NCBI GenBank assembly: GCA_002104905.1
Contig: MCFE01000279.1
Location: 1 to 64,000 of the forward strand
Length of the DNA: 64,000 nucleotides
Direction: 5' to 3'
Source: Basidiobolus meristosporus CBS 931.73
Taxonomy: Eukaryota; Fungi; Basidiobolomycota
In this document: piece after piece, positions 39,900-50,149 of the stretch
How the letters are laid out: each line of letters opens with the position of its first letter
Numbering within the stretch: position 1 is the stretch's first letter
Position numbers and translations under genes: made by a program
The notes under the pieces: model-generated
Seen by the model: only the letters and a program-made list of their open reading frames with translations
What the model was told of the DNA's origin: nothing
Database searches by the model: none

Positions 39900-41113
39900 T
39901 GTGGTAATGGAAAGTATTCTATTATTACAATATCTCAAAACCAATATTGCACTCATTTCTTTATTTTGCTTTTTGCTATTATAACACACAGGTAAAAGAT
40001 CAAGAATTTACAACTTTGAAGGACAAATACTCCAGACCCTAACAAGCAATCCACCCAAGAATATTATGTCAAGCAGAGCACGCAGTACTCAGCACATGTT
40101 GCAAATTACAGCTCACTTGATGAAGTACCTAAGGAGTTACAACCAAAAGAGTCCAATTATTATATATACTTGGTCTCTATTGCTAAAATTACTATGGTGA
40201 CTTTGATTGTGTATAATTTCTGAGCCAGCCAATCAAATCACATGATATCTTTACAGGCACTGCGCCTAAGTTCAATCTGCACTGCTGCAAAATTTTAGCT
40301 TCATATCACCTGCATTGCTTGCGCAATTGCCCAAAAACTTTGATTCTTCAGAAATTTCTTATATATGACTTCCCCAGCTGAAAGTTAAAGGGGAGCCTCT
40401 CTTTCCAGAATCTCCACACTACGATTACAAGTTTAAAGGTTATAAGACCTCCCCTGCATCACTTGCACTGTTGAGTATTCTGACTTTGATTGGTACTACA
40501 TCAGTAAAGAGAATGCAAAGCTCACAAGAATCCAATCTAAGTTCTACAATAAACTACCACTTTTCTGTTGGAAAAGTCCCCTCTAAGAAGCCCCTTTACT
40601 CTAAAGACACCCCTTTAGAGACCCCTTTAAGAATCCCCTTTACTCTAAAGAAGCCCCTTTAGGCACCCCTTTGGTGTAAAGTCCACTTCAGAGACCACTA
40701 CAAGAAGCCCCTATAGTCTAAAGACACCCCTTTGGACACCCCTTTAGGTCTAAAGACCCCTTTAGAGACTTCTACAACACACCCCTCTAGGTTAAAGGGG
40801 AGTTCAGAATTTCCATATTAGGAAATATTTTCTCACAAAGGAAAGTGACTTCCAAATATGGAAAAGTTACTATAAAAGTAAATAAGCTCATTAGTTGACA
40901 GAAGGTCAGAACATTGCTGTAAAAGTGACAAACACTGCCTATAGTATATTTTGAGCCCAAAATTGAAGATGTTAGTGAAAGTTATATCTTCTATTGGCAT
41001 ATCAAACTCCCAATAAACTATTTCAGTATTAGCATTTTGAAAGTTGTTGTATATTGTTGATTAGCCTCTACATTGTAGAACAGGCCCCAAACTAATCTTA
41101 ATACAACACAACA
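39900..41113 (+). repeat. Solo LTR family S1, copy 1 (1214 bp)
   Basis: TGTGGTAATGG...ACAACACAACA with a near-identical 4-bp TSD (cttc/catc). Interrupts the transposase reading. TATAAAA at 40871-40877. No coding capacity seen. Confidence 0.75.
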
Positions 41114-41307
41114 CATCTACAGCTGTTGTACAAGGAGTTTGTGGCAGGATTTGAGCAGCTATACTACAAACATAGAGCTGAGAACATAGATCTCTGCTGC
41201 TACCGCATCCATTCTCTACTCTGTCATGCACAGCATATGGAGAATATTGGGTCTTGCTTCACCTTTTGGATGTTTCCTATGGAGCAGATGTGTGGGGAGA
41301 TAGGAAT

Positions 41308-42458
41308 TGTTGTGTTGTGTAATGATTAGTTTGGGGCTTGTTGTACAATGTAGAGGCTAATCAACAATATACAACAACTTTCAAAATGCTAATACTGAAA
41401 TAGTTTATTGGGAGTTTGATATACCAATAGAAGATATAACTTTCACTAATTTCCTCAATCTGAGGCTCAAAATATACTGTAGGCAGTGTTTATCACTTCT
41501 ACAGCAGTGTTCTGACCTTCTGTCAACTAATGGGCTCATTTACTTTTATAGTAACTTTTCCTTACTTGGAAGTCACTTTCCTTTCTGAGAAAACATTTCC
41601 TAATATGGAGATTCTGAACCCCCTTTGACCTAAAAGGGTGTGTTGTAGAAGTATCTAAAGGGGTGTCTAAAGGGGTGTCCTTAGAGTAAAGGGGCTTCTT
41701 GTAATGGTCTCTAAAGTGGACTTTACACTAAAGGGGTGCCTAAAGGGGCTTCTTTAGAGTAAAGGGGTTTCTTAGAGGGGACTTTTCCAACAGAAAAGTT
41801 GTAGTTTCTTGTAGAACTTAGATCAGATTCTTGTGAGCTTTGCAGTCTCTTTACTGATGTAGTACCAATCAAAGTCAGAATACTCAAAAGTGCAAGTGAT
41901 GCAGGGGAAGTCTTATAGCCTTGGAACTTGTAATTGTAGTGTGGAGAATCTGGAAAGAGAGGCTCTCTCTTTATTTTTCAGCTGGGGAAGTCATATATAT
42001 GAAAACTCTGAAGGATCAAAGTTTTTGGGCAATTGCGCAAGCAGTACACGTGATAAAAAGCTAAAACCTTGCAGTGGTGCAGATTGGACATAGGCGCAGC
42101 ACCTGTGAAAATAGCACGTGATATGATTGGCTGGTTCAAAAGTTACATGTGATCAAAGTCACCATAGTAATCCTAGCAATAAGGCATAGTAAAGATAATA
42201 ATTGGACTCTTTTGGTCATAACTCCTTAAGTACTGCTTCAAATGAGCTGTAACCCAAAACATGTGTTGGCTACTACGTGTTCTGTAAGACATAATATACC
42301 TGGGTGGATTGCTTGTCAGGGTTTGGAGCATTTGTCCTTGAAAGTTGGAAATTCTTGATCTTTCACTTGTGTGTTACAATAGCAAAAAGCAAAATAAAGA
42401 AATCAGTGCAATATTGGTTTAGAGATATTGCAGTAATGGAATACTTTCCATTACCACA
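41308..42458 (-). repeat. Solo LTR family S1, copy 2 (1151 bp), inverted relative to copy 1
   Basis: Reverse complement aligns end to end with 39900-41113. Flanks gaat/gaag. Transposase sequence resumes at 42459. Confidence 0.75.
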
Positions 42459-44181
42459 GAAGACAAGTCAAGTTGCAGGTATTACCACGTCCCAATCTCA
42501 TCGTGAATATTACCGGCAAGTCCATCACAGATGTGATGAGTTGGTGCATGGAGGACAGCCAGGAAGAGTTAGAAGTTACTGGGGACAAATGTGAACACGG
42601 AGACACCTATGCCTATGGCATTAAGAAGCTAAGCAGCCCCAATGTGTGAGTAATCAGTTAAGTAATGCAAAGTTAGGTTGGGTGCAACAAGCAACTAATA
42701 TCTATTATGAAAACTCTACCAAGGTATGCCAGATTTCTCATGGTCACAAGCCAACTTCTACACCATTCAATATGGAATTCACACAAACAAGAGCCAGAGC
42801 ACACCTATATGGGGGACTAGAATCCAGCAGGGAGAAGGAATATATTGGCTAAATAACAAGAAGTTCTTTGCAGATATTCAGGAGGTATTCATGGCAGAAG
42901 TGGCAACAACCAAGCATATATTTGCAAGATGTATATGATACCAGCAGTATAAGGTATATGACAGCTCTGCAAGTATCACACTAAAAAGCCATAAAGTTGA
43001 GGTGATAGAAGTATGTCAATTGCAGCAGGTATGCACATTTGTAGAGGTTAGTAAGCACAAGGCCATATTTGTTTTTGATTCAAGCTATGTGCGGAGTAAC
43101 CAGAGTAGTAGTGTATAAACAAATAAAGAGGGTGGTTCTACAGTGAAATATATGAATTGCACCAGGGGAGGTAGAAAAAGGAAATACCGTTTGGTAAATT
43201 GTTACAGTAGCATTATACAGTACCAGCTGTAGGCTGCCATGCTGCCAATATAATGCCATCAGAGTCTTGTTGTGGGGCTGTTAAAATACTGTCAAGTTTC
43301 TTGCCATATAAAGCAATTAGATGTCCTGGCTGGCTGGGTCCATTTAAAATAGTTACAGAGCACAATAAGACCACAACAATAACATGTAATTAATGTCACA
43401 GCACTAATCAAGTCTTAACAAGTTTTATCACTTTATTTGGTAGTAAAATTAGCAAAACACCATTGTGATACTGTCATAAGATTGTCAAGAGGGTCACTAA
43501 TTCCAAGCTGCTGGTATCATGATGGTCTCTTAATGGGATCTTAACAGCTGATCTGGATTGAATCCACCTGCAGGACCAAATTATTTTTTATCAGGAATAC
43601 AGTTGTGGCATCACATACATATGTATATGTAACACTATATCCCCTTTGGCTTGACTCACTTCCATGTATATGCTGCCAAAAAATAAAGCTAAGCTTTCTG
43701 GTTCCCAACCAAACCCCACTGCTGACAGCAGCAGAAGAACAATTGGACAACAGCTTGCTTTGGTACTCAGTGCAACAACCGGGGCCACAACCAAAAAAGG
43801 CCCTATCAACAGAGCACCTACTGAAGGAGATAATGCAGACACCTCAGGCTCTCAGTCAAGTAGGCAATTTGGAATCTCTGCATAGCCACTAGCTGACCAT
43901 AATGCTAAGGCAGATGAGAGAGTAGCAACAGCAGCACCTTCAGTTAAAGACCTACAAGTGGCCATTATAACATCACCACAACCTGTATTAGCAAGTATGT
44001 TGTCAGCTCATACAAAAGCATTAATGAGGCAATTAGGTGCAGTTGCTGATAGGATAGATTCAATGGCCCAAAGAAATCAGGAAATAGCCAAGAAACAGGA
44101 TGAGCAGATAAAAGGTGTAGAGCAATCAATATCCCAGGTAGAGAAAGCAGTATCATTGCTGCAAAGAAGGAACTCAAGCGG

Positions 44182-44984
44182 TGTGGTAGGGTAAACATAC
44201 CTCCCACAGACAAGTTTATTCATATAGTCATTATGATATACTTATCCATATTTTATCTTATCAGTATTATCCCATTCTTCTTTTGCGCATATTATCAGTA
44301 TTATCCCCATATGATGTTTACCCTGATTAGTTATTAGCATTAGTTATCCCAGATGTTATTCAGCTTTGTGATCAGTAGATGTATCTATATAAGGCAAGTA
44401 CCCGCGTCAGCACCTGTGACACATGACCTAAGTCTGTGTTACCATCCCTACCATTTCAATACCATATATGGTATTTCTATGTTGCACAGGTTTCAGACTA
44501 CTGATTCCTGATTGGTTGGATGTGCTGTGCCCTTTAGAACCTTCCAGGACATTCTTGGCATATTTTAGGTCATTGTGATGTCATCAAGAATTCCACTGAT
44601 ACCTAGAATCTTCTAGAACCTTGTCATTAGTAATCACTTGGCAATCAGGAAAAGTATTTAAGGGAAAGCAATCCCTCATCAATAAATCATCCCTTCTATC
44701 AGTAACACTTCTACCTAATTGATTAGCAGTTGATCACTGCACCTGCCTTCAGCAGTACATCTCAGACCTGCCATCAAGGAGCTTTTCAGGGTAGTGCACA
44801 AGACACACAGAGGCCTTTGGAGACACTTGGAGCACCTAGGAAGCTAGAGAAGCAGGAGCTTTTACCATAGTGACATATTGACAAAGACACCAGCAGTTTA
44901 GACACAGAGGTTATTGCACCCATCAGACACCTCACACACCTTGAGTTGTGTAGCTTCTCCCAGGAGTACCTCTACACCACCATA
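44182..44984. repeat. Solo LTR-like insertion, family S2 (803 bp)
   Basis: TGTGGT...ACCATA (a CA end mutated to TA). Perfect 4-bp TSD GCGG at 44178-44181 and 44985-44988. Splits the accessory ORF at aactcaa[gcgg]ttcaatg, which is contiguous in other copies. Confidence 0.7.
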
Positions 44985-46111
44985 GCGGTTCAATGTTACA
45001 GCCAAGAATTGAGCCATTTTCCAATGCAACAGCAGAGGAACACCATACAGTCTTTGAAGCACAATAACAGTGCCCAAAGATAAAGCCCACAAAAAAATCT
45101 ATCACAGCATGGGAGGGAAAAGATGTAGTGTTTATAACAAAGCCTAAAAATCAAAAGATATTGAAGATCCATGAAGCTGTGCAGTGCAATGATGAAGAGT
45201 GGGCTAATATTCAAGAGGCCGTCACAAGTCAGGTACACCAATGCCTTAAGGCCTGCATACCATGTGACCAACAGGAACTCAAGGCAAAGCAGAATAAACT
45301 GACTTGCTCCATGAGCATTATCCTGGATTTGAACAAGCAAACAGATTTTGGGCCAGCATTAGTAAACTAAGAACATATCTCAAAAATAGCAGAAACAATG
45401 GCAGAAGAACAAGGGAGCAAAGGCTAAAAACTAGTGGCATCCTTGCAAGTCCATGACAAGCAGGGCTGAAAGCTCCAAATAAGCAACAAAGAGGCATCAG
45501 GTAGCTGAAAGAGTGCCAATAAGGGAAAAACAGGCAGGCACAGATGCACTAGAACCACATTTACCAAGGAAAAAGCATAGTTCTACTCAAGTAGGACTCA
45601 GTCAAAGTAACAGTGAAGGACCTGGCAGTGATATAAACTTGCAGCTACCTCAGGAGACTTTCACAGCATAGGCTGAGAACTTGAAGCAAGCAGGAAAGAA
45701 GTGTCAGGTTGCCTGCAGAGTGCCAGCAAGGGACAAGCAGGCCAAGACAGATGCATCAGAGCAGCATTTATCAAGGAGAAAACATAGTTCTATACAAGAA
45801 GCATGCAGACAAAGTTGCAGTGAAAGACCTGGCAGTGATAAAGAAAAAGGTAAAGGGGAAAAAGTGTACCCAAGCCAGAGACAGGAATGCATGTGAAAAA
45901 GCAGCAGTTCTTGCCAATTAACGCCGTAAGCCTGGAATAGACTGAATCCTATCATAGCCAAGATGAATTACCAACAAGAATACAGCTATTTTCACAAGAG
46001 TTGAAAGCACCGCCAGTTGAGCTACACTCCAGTGAGGTAGATGAGTTTGCAGAAAAATGCAATTTGTCTACCACAGCCTCCATGTCCTCCATTATTAACA
46101 GAGTGGTGATC

Positions 46112-47268
46112 TGTGGTAATGGAAGGTACTCCATTGCTACATATCTCAAAACCAATATTTCTCTCATTTCTTTATTTTGCTTTTTGCTATTGTAACACAC
46201 AAGTAAAAGATCAAGAATTTCCAACTTTGTAGGACAAATGCTCCAGAACCTGACAGGAAATCCACCCAAGAATATTATGTCATGCAGAATACTCAGAAGT
46301 TAACACATGTTTCAAATTACAGCTCATCTGAAGCTGTACTTAAGCAGTTATGATCAAAAGAGTGCAATTATCATATATACCAGGCCTCTATTGCTAGAAT
46401 TACTATGGTGACTTCAATCACATGTGACTTTTGAGCCAGCCAATCATGTCATGTGATATTTATGCAGGTCCTTTGCCCATGTCTGATCAGTGCCACTGCA
46501 AAATCTTAGCTTTGTATCACAAGTATTGCGTGTGCAATTGACCAAAAACCTTGATCCTTCAGAAATTTCATATATGTGACTTCCCCAGCTGAACAATAAA
46601 GGAGAGCCTCTCTTTCCAGAATCTTCACCCTAAAATTACAAGCTTAAAGGTTATAAGACCTCCCCTGCATCACTTGCACTGTTGAGTATTCTGACTTTGA
46701 TTGGCACTACATCAGTAAAGTGACTGCAAAGCTCACAAGAACTCCAATCTAAATTCTACAAGAAAACTACCACTTTTTTGATGGAAAAGTACCCTCTAAG
46801 AAGCCCCCTTACTCTAAAGACACCCCTTTAGACACCCCTTTAGTCTAACAACCCCTTTAAGAAACCCCTTTACTCTAAAGAAGCCCCTGTAGGCACCCCT
46901 TTTGTGTAGAGTCCACATTAGAAACCACTACACCACACCCTTTTGTGTTAAAGGGGAGATCAAAATTTCTATATTAGGAGATATTTTCTCAGATAGAAAA
47001 GGGATTCCCAAATTAGGAAAAGTCACTATAAAAGTAAATAAGCCCAATAGTCATCAGAAGGTCAGAACACTGCTGTAGAAGTGAGAAGCACTGCCTATTG
47101 TATATTTTGAGCCCAAGATTGAGGATATTAGTGAAAGTTATATCTTCTAGTGGTATATCAAGCTCCCAATGACTATTTCAGTATTAGCATACTAGAAGTT
47201 GTTGTATATTGTTGATTAGCCCCTATATTACAGAACAAGCCCTGAACTAATCATGATACAACACAACA
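46112..47268 (+). repeat. Solo LTR family S1, copy 3 (1157 bp)
   Basis: Same termini as copy 1. TSD gatc/gatt. The host sequence gtgg.gatc..ctgacag is contiguous at ~10620-10640. Confidence 0.75.
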
Positions 47269-47707
47269 GATTTCACTGACAGGCAAAGTAACAATGTCAA
47301 GAACTCATAAGGTTATTACAATGCATTTGGTGAAATTTTGGAACATTAATAGGCACACCAAGAGGTTGCAGCATTTCTTCAAAAGCAGTGCTCAAGAAAA
47401 AACATTTGAATATTGCAAGGACTTATTGCAAAGACTGGCAGATGAGAAGCTAGACCTTGCAGTGCCAGCTGAAGACCAGGACATATGGGAACCAGTGAAT
47501 CAACAATGACATAAATCCATAGGGTTCCTGCCAAAGTTGTGGAAACAGAGCATTGCAGCAGAAATACTTGTTAAGTAGTGGATTTTAATGTAGTTACTTG
47601 TTGGATGTGGGGTTGAGCTTAATGTTAGTGTAGGGAATAGGGACTTTTATAGGTCTATACAGTTGGCAATTGAGGTACAACTGAAGTATCCATGGAAGTA
47701 ATTCAAT

Positions 47708-48161
47708 AGACTTGTTCTGTTTATAGTTCCACATTGAGCCATGAGTGCCAAATGATGCCATGGTGTGCCAGGAAGGCCAAGTGAGCCTATACTTGGCCAC
47801 AGTGTGTGAAACATAGCTCTGCATCTTCATGCAAAGCAGCCCCTGTGTTTCACTCATTATGCTGGAGAAAATTCATTACTAGACCTTTTTTTGGGACCAA
47901 GATAGTGCCATTCATTTTTGTGACATGATACAAGCAACAGGAGCTAGATTCAGAGTGCCATGGGCATTGAGCACCAGATTCATGTCTTCAGTCCTTCTGT
48001 GCTCCAACACAATGGGTGAAACACAGGGCTGCTTTGTATGAAGATGCAGAGCTATGTTTCACACACTATGGCCAAGTATAGGCTCACTTGGCCTCCCTGG
48101 CACACTAGGGCATCATTTGGTACTCTTGGCTCATTGTGGCACCATCCAACAGAACAAGTCT
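47708..48161. mobile_element. MITE (454 bp) sharing termini with the PHIS element at 12670-16102
   Basis: Ends AGACTTGTTCTGTT...; AAT TSD at 47705-47707 and 48162-48164. ~160-bp inverted arms (47708-47867 and 48002-48161). Confidence 0.88.
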
Positions 48162-48488
48162 AATTAGTATGCAAATAAAAATAAGAGCAACAGTTGAATC
48201 AGGGAGTGAAAAGTGTGAAAAAGAGGCAATAGCCAACCAATGTACACAAACGTAGGAGGTGATAGAATGTCCAGGATCAGAAAGTGAGAAAATTGGGAGA
48301 GAACCAATCAAAAGACACTTTTGCATTGTTGTGATGAAAAATTTCGATTAAGTTTTTTGACATCTGGGGTGCAATTATTTTTTTGGCAGTCTTTGCACAG
48401 TGTCCTGATGGAATCAATACCTCTTAGTCACAGGACTTAAGTTTTTGATGACCTTTTGATGGGATCATCACAATAATAATTTGTAGAG

Positions 48489-49103
48489 ACTATAAAGCTC
48501 TAAAGTTGTGTAACAGAGGTATGTTTATTGTAGTGTGTGTATGTATGCAGAGGTTGGTAAGCAGGAGGCCATAGTTTGTTTTTGGTTCAAACTATATGCG
48601 GAATACCCAAGGTAGTAGTGGGTCAATAAATAAAGAGGGGTAATTCTACAGTGCAATATATGAACTGTGCAATGTGAAGTAGAAAAAGGAAATACCATTT
48701 TGTAAATTGGTATGGTAGCATCAAACAGAATTAGCTGTAGGCCCCCATACTGCCTTAATGATGCCATCAGAGGCTTACAATGAGGCAGTCAAAATGCCAT
48801 CAAATTTTTTGCTATAAAAGGCAATTGGAAGTACTGGCTGTTTTGAATTCACTCAAATAGCTGTAGAGTGCACTTAGACTGCAACAATGACATGCCACCC
48901 TTGGCAAAACACCGGTTAAGCACTGCTATGTTTTTTAACTTTATTTAGCAGTGAAATTAGCCAAAGGCCATTGTGATCCCAATGTAAGATTGTGTTGAGG
49001 GTCATTAATTCAAAGTTGCTTGTATTGTAATGGTCTCCTGACAGAATTTTGACAGCTGATCCACATCTGATCCACTTGCAGGACCAAATTACTTCTCATA
49101 GGG
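48489..49103. mobile_element. Transposase-side terminal segment of another CACTA-like copy
   Basis: Colinear with 43000-43596. Ends ttctcataggg (reverse complement CCCTATGAGAA), the mirror of the terminus at 11578. Confidence 0.7.
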
Positions 49104-49329
49104 AAGATGGAGCCTGTCTGGTGTGATACCTCTCTTATTTAAGTACCAGACAAGTGGAAAAACATTGGATTTATTTGTTATGCATGTATCAGTCTAAAGA
49201 GCAAGCAACAGCCAATAAGGGGAGGTTCCTACTGCTCTTGCTTGGGATATGCTCAAGTTCAGTAGCTACTATACAACTACTCAAGATCCATATGATAATA
49301 ACTACTTCAATCAATATGCTTAGAGAAGT

Positions 49330-49740
49330 CCAGTAAAATACCAGCATTATGCTAGTCAAGTTTAAATTTCCCAAGCTGACAGATCTTAACAACTCAGGCA
49401 CTAGGTGATTGGCAGGCAAGCAGACAAGATATCCATGAGGAGATTAGGTCTGCTGGCATTCATAAAGATTAGGAAACTAGTGGCTCACTACTTCCACCTA
49501 AAATAGCAACAAGAAATTTGAAGGCAATATAAAGGTTTGTATTGAACCTAAATATTCACTGGTCAATAAGATCATTGCCTACTAATCTCAGAGAGCTCAA
49601 ATTACCTTTTTTTTGGGACATACTTGGAACATTCTCACCAAGTCAGGTACCAAGAACATGAAATTTCTTGGAGTTGTCCAAACAGCCACAAGCTTCACAT
49701 GTGTGATCCTTGTACATCACTGAATGTATTCTACAGTTTT
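49330..49740 (+). mobile_element. Highly decayed Copia-like remnant (gag-start-like peptide and LTR fragment)
   Basis: 49570-49720 (ccaagaacatgaaatttc...gtccaaacagcc) matches the LTR interior at 55830-55890. The FPKLTDLNN-like peptide upstream is only suggestive. Confidence 0.35.
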
Positions 49741-50149
49741 ATTTTGGTAAAGACCATGGCAATGTATAAGTACCACTTTTGCATTCAATGAGCTGCTTAG
49801 TAAAACCACATAGTCTACTGTTCTCACAATCACTTTGGATATCTGCAAAGCTAAGGAAAAGCTTTAGTGGAATGCAAATATTATACAATTAAAACAATAG
49901 CTGAACTAACTTGTGTTGCATTGTGCCATATCAGGCCATGAGTACCAGTGAAATGTAGCCAACCTATACTTAGGCACAGATAGTGAAATACCAAGGCTAC
50001 TTTGCATGCATTACATTGCTGAATATCAAGCTGTCTGCCCCATGAGTAAGCTAACCATAATAAAGCACCAGAAGAAAAAAGAAAAAAGGCTATGTGGTTA
50101 TTGTATAAGATAGTACTCCTCAGAGTATTGCAACAGGTTATGACACCCA

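Larger units (their letters stand above)
35438..43596. mobile_element. Inner, near-complete CACTA-like element (~5.8 kb without its two solo LTRs): accessory ORF on - (~35900-37930), transposase on + (~38030-42700)
   Basis: Termini ccctataaaaaa and ttttttatcagga; 3-bp TSD ATA at 35435-35437 and 43597-43599. Transposase motifs ACVNSCMAF...CANCQE, NIFDGKHY, AFALDGF, NL.P..WY, P.NLDSYLYPLL, GDTPAI.K..GF.G and W.FPME.MCG. Confidence 0.85.
33270..48488. mobile_element. Outer CACTA-like copy: transposase on - (~33270-35300), divergent accessory ORF on + (from ~43600), terminus at ~48488; hosts several later insertions
   Basis: Removing 35438-43596 restores the intergenic sequence catagtaa.cattata.ATAcagttgtggca seen intact (reverse complement) at ~37880-37925. 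The accessory ORF rejoins across the insertions at 44182-44984 and 46112-47268. Terminal region at 48165-48488. Confidence 0.8.

Noticed and set aside
40575-40800. CCCCTTTA arrays as a CRISPR array or a true telomere
   Set aside because: The units are degenerate with no unique spacers, are internal to a dispersed LTR present three times, and the context is eukaryotic.
41126-41329. 67-aa ORF as an independent gene
   Set aside because: It is the transposase segment isolated between two LTR insertions; the same peptide is contiguous in the copies at ~2.7 kb and ~33.4 kb.
39900-42458. One 2.56-kb foldback, Ginger or MITE element with 1.2-kb TIRs
   Set aside because: Each arm has its own TSD-like flank, the loop is host transposase that continues on both sides, and a third single arm exists at 46112-47268. 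A single arm has no long TIRs.
44178-44988. Protection of CpG in GCGG context (both TSD copies keep it)
   Set aside because: Surviving CpGs elsewhere in the old repeats occur in mixed contexts, and there are too few cases to support a specific rule.
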